From Candidatus Cloacimonadales bacterium (GTDB taxonomy: Bacteria > Cloacimonadota > Cloacimonadia > Cloacimonadales > JAFGVF01): a stretch of 64,000 nt of DNA. The stretch lies in the NCBI GenBank assembly GCA_963662585.1, contig OY759729.1, positions 2,944,001 to 3,008,000 of the forward strand. The letters run 5' to 3'. The notes under the pieces were generated by a model, which saw nothing but the letters and a program-made list of their open reading frames with translations, ran no database searches and was not told where the DNA came from. Positions 57,136 to 64,000 of this stretch are shown piece by piece. Numbering within the stretch: the first letter of the stretch is position 1; every line of letters starts with the position of its first letter. The translations under genes and the position numbers were made by a program.

Positions 57136-58921
57136 GTTAGAAAAGAAATTAGAGATACTACCTGAGAACCCAGGTGTTTATCTTTGGAAGAATAAAGATA
57201 AAGAAGTAATCTATGTGGGTAAGGCTAAGAACCTTAAAAACAGGATTAAGTCCTATCTCCAAGAACATAAGGATAGAAAAACTCGCCAACTTCAGAGGCA
57301 TATCTATGATTTAGATTATATCGTAGTTGGCAGTGAATCTAATGCTCTTATCTTAGAAGCTACTATGATTAGGAAGTATTCTCCTCGCTATAATGTCATG
57401 CTCAAGGATGATAAGAGATATCCTTTCATTAAGATAACCAATGACCCTTACCCTAAAATAGAAAAGACTAGAACTTTGGTGAAAGATGGTTCAAGCTATT
57501 ATGGACCTTATTCCCGCTTCCCAGATATAAGAAGAATACTTTCTTTGTTGGAATGGATATTCCCTCTTAGAAACTGCAATCGAGCTATTCCTAAAGATGA
57601 GATAAAATATGAAAAAGCTTGTATCAACTATCAACTTAAAAAGTGTTTAGCTCCTTGTATCGGTAAGATTTCTCATCAGGATTATCAAAAACTAGTTAAG
57701 AATGTTAAAGACTTCTTGCAAGGTAAACACTATTCTCTGATGAATACTCTCAAGGAAGAAATGGAAAATGCTGCTGAAGAGTTAAAGTTTGAACTTGCTG
57801 CCGAACTAAGGGATAAAATAAAGGCTTTAGAAAAGTTCTCTGAAAAGCAAAATATGTTCTTTTCTGATTTAAAAAACCGTGATATTATCGCTGTCTATCG
57901 AGAAGAGACTATTGCTGCTGCTGTAGTTCTTAAAATGGTTGAGGGAAGAGTTAATAACAAAGAACTTTATCCTCTCAAGAATGTAGAAGATGAAACTGAT
58001 GGAGCACTTCTCTCTTACTTTATCACAGACTACTATTCCCAAAAAGATGAACTCCCAGATGATATTATTGTTTCAGCTGAACCAGATGACCTAGATAGCC
58101 TCAATGCTTGGCTTAAAAACAAGATAAAAGTACCTCAAAAAGGGGAAAAGAATAATCTTGTGGTAGTTGCCAGAAAGAATGCTTTCATGTTTGTAGAAGA
58201 TAAGAAACTCCAAGGTATCAGAAGTAAGAATAGAACAATCTTCTCTGTTCAAGAGCTAAAAGATCTTCTTAAATTAGATAGACTCCCTCGTAAAATGGTC
58301 TGTATGGATATTTCCACTATTCAAGGGGAAGATACTGTCTCCTCTGCTGTTTATTTCGAAAATGGAAAACCTCTCAAGAAAAAGTATCGTCACTATATTA
58401 TTAAAAGTGTAACAGGACAAGATGATTTTGCCTCCATGGCTGAAACGATTACCAGATTTTTAAATGGCTGTCGGGAAAATAGTGATATGACACCAGATTT
58501 AATAGTTATTGATGGAGGAAAGGGACAACTAAATGCAGCTAATGCTATTTTGAAAGACTATGCTGACCTCAATGTTCAGCTTATATCTTTAGCTAAAAGA
58601 GTTGAAGAAGTCTATATCCCAAATCATGAAGAATCTATAATTCTGCCTAAGACTTCTTCATCCCTAAAACTTTTAACCCATATCAGAGATGAATCACATA
58701 GATTTGCTATAACCTTCCATAGGAAACGCAGATCAGCAAGAACTTTGATAAGTCAACTTGATAATATCAGTGGTGTCTCGGAAAAACTTAAATTCCTTCT
58801 TTTAAAAGAATTTGGCTCTGTTGAAGTTATTAAAAATGCTAGTGTAGAAGAACTTATGATGATTAAAGGTATAGGGGAAAATACGGCTAAGAATATACTG
58901 GAAACTCTCTCTACACCTTAA
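57116..58921 (+). CDS. uvrC: Excinuclease ABC subunit C
   Basis: GVY...IYVGKAKNL, PRYN, DIS, DGGKGQ, RDESHRFA, C-terminal HhH. Confidence 0.97.
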   Translation: MIKISPELEKKLEILPENPGVYLWKNKDKEVIYVGKAKNLKNRIKSYLQEHKDRKTRQLQRHIYDLDYIVVGSESNALILEATMIRKYSPRYNVMLKDDKRYPFIKITNDPYPKIEKTRTLVKDGSSYYGPYSRFPDIRRILSLLEWIFPLRNCNRAIPKDEIKYEKACINYQLKKCLAPCIGKISHQDYQKLVKNVKDFLQGKHYSLMNTLKEEMENAAEELKFELAAELRDKIKALEKFSEKQNMFFSDLKNRDIIAVYREETIAAAVVLKMVEGRVNNKELYPLKNVEDETDGALLSYFITDYYSQKDELPDDIIVSAEPDDLDSLNAWLKNKIKVPQKGEKNNLVVVARKNAFMFVEDKKLQGIRSKNRTIFSVQELKDLLKLDRLPRKMVCMDISTIQGEDTVSSAVYFENGKPLKKKYRHYIIKSVTGQDDFASMAETITRFLNGCRENSDMTPDLIVIDGGKGQLNAANAILKDYADLNVQLISLAKRVEEVYIPNHEESIILPKTSSSLKLLTHIRDESHRFAITFHRKRRSARTLISQLDNISGVSEKLKFLLLKEFGSVEVIKNASVEELMMIKGIGENTAKNILETLSTP

Positions 58922-58952
58922 AGTATTTGCTTCTTGATTTATTGAGTGGAAG

Positions 58953-59390
58953 TTTTATGGAGTGGAAGCGTCCCTGCTTCCACCAGGCTGTATTCCAGCC
59001 TGTTCTCTTTTTCTGGAGGCAGAGACGCCTCCAGTCCATAGATTGTCCCTGCTTGAACTAGTTTGTATTTTTATGGAGTGGAAGCGTCCCTGCTTCCACC
59101 AGGCTGTATTAACTGGGGTTACGGACCTTTAGTCCGTGAATTTTAAATTATTATTCCAGCCTGTTCTTTTTATCTGGAGGCCGAGACGCCTCCAGTCCAT
59201 AAATTGTCCCTGCTTCCACTAGGCTGTATTAACTGGGGTTACGGACCTTTAGTCCGTGAATTTTAAATTATTATTCCAGCCTGTTCTCTTTTTCCGGAGG
59301 CCGAGACGCCTCCAGTCCATAGATTGTCCCTGCTTCCACCAGCCTGTTCTCTTTTTCTGGAGGCAGAGACGCCTCCAGTCCATAGATTAT
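58953..59390. repeat. Mosaic REP/BIME-like repeat array between convergent uvrC and alr
   Basis: Four copies of (T/C)GGAGGC(A/C)GAGACGCCTCCAGTCCATA, two of GTGGAAGCGTCCCTGCTTCCAC, two of TTACGGACCTTTAGTCCGTGA. 59101-59220 and 59221-59340 form a near-perfect 120-bp direct repeat. Confidence 0.85.
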
Positions 59391-59424
59391 CCTTAAACTT
59401 ACAAATATCAAAGCAGAAGATTAA

Positions 59425-61350
59425 TTAATAGGAGAAAATCACTCCACTTTTAGGAAGTATCCAAATATCTTTACCTGTTTCAACACTAATAGTATTTTCT
59501 GCTTCTAGGATTGTAGGGTATTTTGATTCACCTGAGAAGAGAGTAACTGCTTCTACTTTCTGAAGGCTAGGAGGGAATTCAAAACTGATTTTAACACCTT
59601 TAGTAGGTTCTGAGATAAATACACTTAATTGATGAGAATCAATAGGATAGAGTGTTCTTGTTTTGATAGAAAAGTTACATTTTGTCCCAATTAATTGAGA
59701 ATAATTTTCATTAGTATTATGGAATTCTAAAACTTTAGGACTAGTCTTTATGGTAGTAATTGCTGGAATATCATTCACTGTAACTTCCTTTAATACAAAA
59801 AATTGAGAGTTAAGGCTAAGCTCAGCAGTTAGTAACCAACGGTATTCCACTTGAGGATTTCTAAAATAAGAATCTAAGGTTTGGGCATCTGAAGCACAGG
59901 CAATAATAAAATCTTTCTCATTCAATACTTTAGAATATGATAACTCGGTATCTACAAGATAGAATTCTGGATATTGAGAAGATAGAGAAAATTTAATATG
60001 ATGCTTAAAATTGGTCCTATAAGAAATATTATTATCTGATTCATTAATAAAATCACTAATTATCTCAGAAAAGAGAACTTGGGATATTTCACTAGAGTTA
60101 ATTCTTGTCTTTAAGGCATTCTTGATAATCAAGGATAATTTCTTGGCTGAGAAGTCTGGAGAATAAAAGTCTCTTCTTAAGCGAGCTTCGATAGCAATAA
60201 TCTTTTGGTCATAGTAGTAGTAACGCTTAGCTCTTTTCCCTGTTTGAGTTGCTAATTCATAAGATGAACCTGCATAGAGTTGGGTCAAATCTTCTATTCT
60301 TAAAGAATCTTCACCATATAAAATGACCTCTTGTCCCACTTGGGGCTTATCTAGAGAGCTAATATCGACAATAGTCATATCCATTGTAACTTTACCTAAA
60401 ATGGGGATTAGCTTGTCTTGACAAAGAACTTTTCCCTTATTGGATAAGAAAAAGTTATAACCATCAGCATAACCAATAGGAAGAATAGCATACTTGAGAC
60501 TATTCTTAGCTTGGTAAGTAAGATTATAGCTAATATACTCACCCTCTTTGGCTTCTTTAATTTGACTTATCTTGGTGATGAACTTCATTACTGGTTTAAG
60601 AGTGATTTTTTCTTGCAAAGAAGCGTGAGGATAGATTCCAAAAGATAGAATACCAATTCTAGCTAAGTTCATTTTGGGGAAGTTATAATTGACTACTGCA
60701 GAAGAATTAGAAGAATGGAGATAGGTTGGATTGAGATTTGGTATTTCCTCAAGTATTCTATCCAAGACATTACAGAAGATCTGATATTGGTTATTGGTAA
60801 AATCTAAATTGCTTTCACTCTCTGCGAAATGAGTAAATATCCCATCGATAATTAAATTGGGCAGGTGAGAAAGTTCTTGGCAGAAGCTAAGAGCTTGGTC
60901 TGCTCTGATACCGCTACGGTTCATACCTGAATCAATATTCAAGTGGATTTTTATTTTCTTCTTATTTAAGTGGGCAAAGTTATTTAGTTTTTTAGCAAAG
61001 TCTAAATCATTAACTGTGGGAATGAGATTATGAAGAACTATGTTTTCAATTTCTGATTCTAAAGAAGGGGAGAGAATTAGAATAGGTGCTGAGATGTTGT
61101 TATATCTAATAAAGAGAGCTTCGTCGGCATTAGCTACCCCGAGTAGCTTTGCACCATTTAACAAGGCTTGAGTGGCGATTTGGAAGGCTCCGTGGCCATA
61201 AGCATCTGCTTTGATGATTTGCAGGAAGTCTTGTTGGGGAGAGAGAAATTTCTTTATCTCTTGTAGATTATACTCAAAGTGAGATAAGTTTATCTCTATC
61301 CAACTTCTTTCATTATTCATTTCTTCTTCTAACATAGTTAGGTTCTCCAT
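59425..61350 (-). CDS. alr: Alanine racemase with ~260-aa C-terminal extension
   Basis: IIKADAYGHG (PLP lysine), DSGMNRSG, FTHFA, PIGYADG, GKVTMD. Exact start uncertain. Confidence 0.9.
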   Translation of the reverse strand: MENLTMLEEEMNNERSWIEINLSHFEYNLQEIKKFLSPQQDFLQIIKADAYGHGAFQIATQALLNGAKLLGVANADEALFIRYNNISAPILILSPSLESEIENIVLHNLIPTVNDLDFAKKLNNFAHLNKKKIKIHLNIDSGMNRSGIRADQALSFCQELSHLPNLIIDGIFTHFAESESNLDFTNNQYQIFCNVLDRILEEIPNLNPTYLHSSNSSAVVNYNFPKMNLARIGILSFGIYPHASLQEKITLKPVMKFITKISQIKEAKEGEYISYNLTYQAKNSLKYAILPIGYADGYNFFLSNKGKVLCQDKLIPILGKVTMDMTIVDISSLDKPQVGQEVILYGEDSLRIEDLTQLYAGSSYELATQTGKRAKRYYYYDQKIIAIEARLRRDFYSPDFSAKKLSLIIKNALKTRINSSEISQVLFSEIISDFINESDNNISYRTNFKHHIKFSLSSQYPEFYLVDTELSYSKVLNEKDFIIACASDAQTLDSYFRNPQVEYRWLLTAELSLNSQFFVLKEVTVNDIPAITTIKTSPKVLEFHNTNENYSQLIGTKCNFSIKTRTLYPIDSHQLSVFISEPTKGVKISFEFPPSLQKVEAVTLFSGESKYPTILEAENTISVETGKDIWILPKSGVIFSY

Positions 61351-61356
61351 TATTAC

Positions 61357-62703
61357 TTAGAAATAGGAAGCTGCAATTTCTGCTAGTTTAGAGCGTTCGC
61401 CCTTCATTAAGGTAATATGTCCCACAAGATTCTCATGCTTCATCTTCTCGACAGCAAGGGAAAGTCCGTTGGAGACAGAATCTAGATAAGGAATATCAAT
61501 TTGATAAGGGTCACCAGTAAGAACAATCTTAGTATTCTCACCAGCTCTAGTAATGATAGTTTTCATTTCGTGAGGAGTTAGATTTTGGGCTTCATCAATA
61601 ATCATGAATTGGTTAGGTAAAGACCTGCCTCTGATGTAGGTAAGAGGTTCTAGTTCAAGAAAATTAAAATCTAAATAATCGTTAATAGAAGGATGTTTTT
61701 TACCGAATATTTTACCATTATCATTTTGACTATATTCATTATGACCTTGGATTAGAATCTCCATATTATCATAGATAGGTTGCATCCAAGGAGTGAACTT
61801 ATCATCCTTAGAACCAGGGAGATAGCCTAAATCTTTACCCAGAGGGGAGATGGGGCGAGAGACAACAAGTCTTTTATAATTATCATCTTCCACAACTTGA
61901 TTTAAACCTGCAGCAATAGCTATCAGAGTCTTTCCTGTTCCTGCAATACCAGACAGTGATACTAATCTGATTGAACTATCAAGAAGTAGGTCAAGGGCCA
62001 TAGCTTGTTCATCATTACGGGCAACTATACCAAAAATCTCTTGTCCTCTATAATGTTGAAGAGTAAAGAATTTATTTTCTTGATGAGAATATCTTAAGAG
62101 GACCTTATTCTTTGCTTCCTTAAGATTATCCACAAGTTTCAGGAAGTGATTAGGAGGAAATTCTCCTAGCTTATTAGCATAAAATCCCTTTTCTATGACT
62201 CTCTCTATCTGTTTCTTAGTAACCTTAATACTTGTGAAGCCTGTATATATCTCATCAAAATTTACTTTCTCAGGTTCATAGTTTTCAGCTCTAATTCCTA
62301 AACAGTCGGCTTTGATTCTAACATTAGCATCCTTAGAAATTAAAGTAACAGTTCGCTGGGGAAATTCTTTAAGGAAGAAAGCTGCAGTTCCGATGATTCT
62401 ATTATCATTATTATCAAGTAATTGAACACCATCGATATTGAGGTCTGCTGAGAGAATAGTAACTTGGACAGTTCCACCTTTTTCTGTGATAACTCCATCT
62501 TTAAGAGAACCTTTCATTCTTAACTTATCTAAATATCTTCCTATTAAGCGAGCATTACGACTTTTTTCATCAACACCTTTTTTGAATTGGTCAACTTCCT
62601 CAATAACAGTCATAGGAATAACTACTCTATTATCATCGAATTTAAACATAGCCTCTGGGTCGTGGATGAGTACATTAGTATCTAAAACAAATATTTTTTC
62701 CAT
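61357..62703 (-). CDS. phoH: PIN-PhoH (PhoH2-type) protein
   Basis: FVLDTNVLIHDP PIN domain; GIAGTGKT, LGYLPG, YIRGRS, DEAQN, GDPYQID. Confidence 0.93.
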   Translation of the reverse strand: MEKIFVLDTNVLIHDPEAMFKFDDNRVVIPMTVIEEVDQFKKGVDEKSRNARLIGRYLDKLRMKGSLKDGVITEKGGTVQVTILSADLNIDGVQLLDNNDNRIIGTAAFFLKEFPQRTVTLISKDANVRIKADCLGIRAENYEPEKVNFDEIYTGFTSIKVTKKQIERVIEKGFYANKLGEFPPNHFLKLVDNLKEAKNKVLLRYSHQENKFFTLQHYRGQEIFGIVARNDEQAMALDLLLDSSIRLVSLSGIAGTGKTLIAIAAGLNQVVEDDNYKRLVVSRPISPLGKDLGYLPGSKDDKFTPWMQPIYDNMEILIQGHNEYSQNDNGKIFGKKHPSINDYLDFNFLELEPLTYIRGRSLPNQFMIIDEAQNLTPHEMKTIITRAGENTKIVLTGDPYQIDIPYLDSVSNGLSLAVEKMKHENLVGHITLMKGERSKLAEIAASYF

Positions 62704-62711
62704 TCTACCTC

Positions 62712-63998
62712 TTAAAAGAATGTCTTGAATAAATCATTTATATTATTAATCATTACACAGTGTTCTTTAAGTTTCTTAGAAACTTCTGCTTTATCGGATA
62801 CAACAACCTTGTCGAATCCTAATCTAATAGATTCTTTAATCTTATCATTAATACTCTTAGCTACTCTGATTTCACCATTAAGTCCTACTTCTCCGATAAA
62901 GACGCTAGACTTAGGAATTGGAATATCTGTAAAACCTGAGAAGATAGCAGCAACAACAGCCAAATCCATGGCTGCATCTCTACTCTTAAAGCCTCCAATG
63001 ATATTGATAAAGACATCATTAGAAGATACTGGAACACCAGTATTCTTCTCTATAACTGCTAATATCATAGCTAACTTCTTTTGTTCATAACCAACTGATA
63101 CTCTTTGAGCATTGCCAAAATTTGTCTTATTTAATAAGGCTTGAATTTCGATGAAGAAATTTCTAGAACCTTCACTTACACATGAAATTACATCCCCAGA
63201 ATGATTGTCATTTCTACTTAAAAATATGATAGAAGGATTAATAACTTCAGCTAAGCCACTAGTATTCATTTCAAAAATACCAATCTCATTTGTTGAACCA
63301 AATCTATTTTTGGTTGTTCGTAAAACCTTAAAGAATCCCTCTTTCTCACTTTCAAAATAGAGAACAGTATCAACCATGTGCTCAATAGTTTTAGGCCCAG
63401 CTACCAAGCCATCTTTAGTAACATGTCCAATTATTATAGTTGGGATATTTTCTCTTTTAGCAATCTTAGTCAGATAACTACTACACTCTCTTAATTGAGT
63501 TACACTACCAAGGTAATTATCTATCTCAGAAGAATATACTGATTGGATAGAATCTATAATAAGTAAGTCAGGATTATATTCTGAAATAGCAGAATCTATC
63601 TGTTCAATATTATTATTACAGAGGAGGAAGATATCATTAGAATCTATCTTTAATCTAATACTTCTAAGTTTGATTTGCTCTTTACTCTCTTCACCTGAGA
63701 CATAGAGAATCTTTTTGTTTTGATGAGCAACCTTAGCTGCAACCTGTAGCATTAAAGTAGATTTACCAGTGCCAGGTTCTCCCCCTAGAAGTATGACCAT
63801 TCCCGAAACAAAACCTCCTCCGAGAACACAATCAAATTCACTAAAACCACTTTTAAGCCTATCTTCTGAACTTACCTTTATATCTTGTAAATTAGTTACG
63901 CTAGGAGTACTTAACAAAGTTTTACTGCTAATATTCTTAGTCTTTTTACTCTTACCAATAATCCTGCTCACCTCTTTGAAGGAATTCCATTCTCCACA
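62712..63998 (-). CDS. radA: DNA repair protein RadA/Sms, 5' end beyond the window
   Basis: Frame open to the window edge (CGEWNSF zinc-finger end); GGEPGTGKSTL, YVSGEES, KNRFG, GEVGLNGE. Confidence 0.97.
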   Translation of the reverse strand, partial: CGEWNSFKEVSRIIGKSKKTKNISSKTLLSTPSVTNLQDIKVSSEDRLKSGFSEFDCVLGGGFVSGMVILLGGEPGTGKSTLMLQVAAKVAHQNKKILYVSGEESKEQIKLRSIRLKIDSNDIFLLCNNNIEQIDSAISEYNPDLLIIDSIQSVYSSEIDNYLGSVTQLRECSSYLTKIAKRENIPTIIIGHVTKDGLVAGPKTIEHMVDTVLYFESEKEGFFKVLRTTKNRFGSTNEIGIFEMNTSGLAEVINPSIIFLSRNDNHSGDVISCVSEGSRNFFIEIQALLNKTNFGNAQRVSVGYEQKKLAMILAVIEKNTGVPVSSNDVFINIIGGFKSRDAAMDLAVVAAIFSGFTDIPIPKSSVFIGEVGLNGEIRVAKSINDKIKESIRLGFDKVVVSDKAEVSKKLKEHCVMINNINDLFKTFF

Positions 63999-64000
63999 CG

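Noticed and set aside
58953..59390. Possible CRISPR array
   Set aside because: The sequences between palindromes are themselves repeated rather than unique spacers, the periodicity is irregular, and there are no cas genes in the window.

Overview
AT-rich bacterial DNA. I infer an anaerobe, most likely Cloacimonadota-like, from the NYPNPFNP-type C-terminal sorting domain, the [FeFe]-hydrogenase cluster and the long alanine racemase. The first ~30 kb is an accessory signalling/conflict region made of two convergent clusters joined by an IS4-family element. The + strand cluster (1-8.2 kb) is an array of Zn-ribbon Ser/Thr kinases with SEL1 or FGE-sulfatase tails, followed by an M50-like and a papain-like protease. 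The - strand cluster (10.4-29.9 kb) has seven genes: three proteins with a shared HEPN-like RNxxxH domain, three P-loop STAND/NACHT NTPases (two membrane-spanning), a ~22-repeat LRR protein, a DHH/MYG1-like phosphoesterase fused to a CorA-like membrane tail, and a PPP-type metallophosphoesterase. The last NACHT protein starts with an apparently intact translation-initiation-factor IF3 N-terminal domain. This NLR-like cluster is the best candidate for an undescribed system. The rest is mostly housekeeping: gmhA, tRNA-Leu, tig-clpP-clpX, gpmA, an Hfs-like hydrogenase operon interrupted by a second IS4, trxA, a hybrid Ser/Thr-His kinase, uvrC, alr, phoH and radA. It also holds a NYN+NACHT two-gene islet, a MITE derived from the second IS, REP-like palindrome clusters and an unannotated 53-aa ArfA-like ORF. 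All domain calls come from motifs read by eye; no database searches were run.
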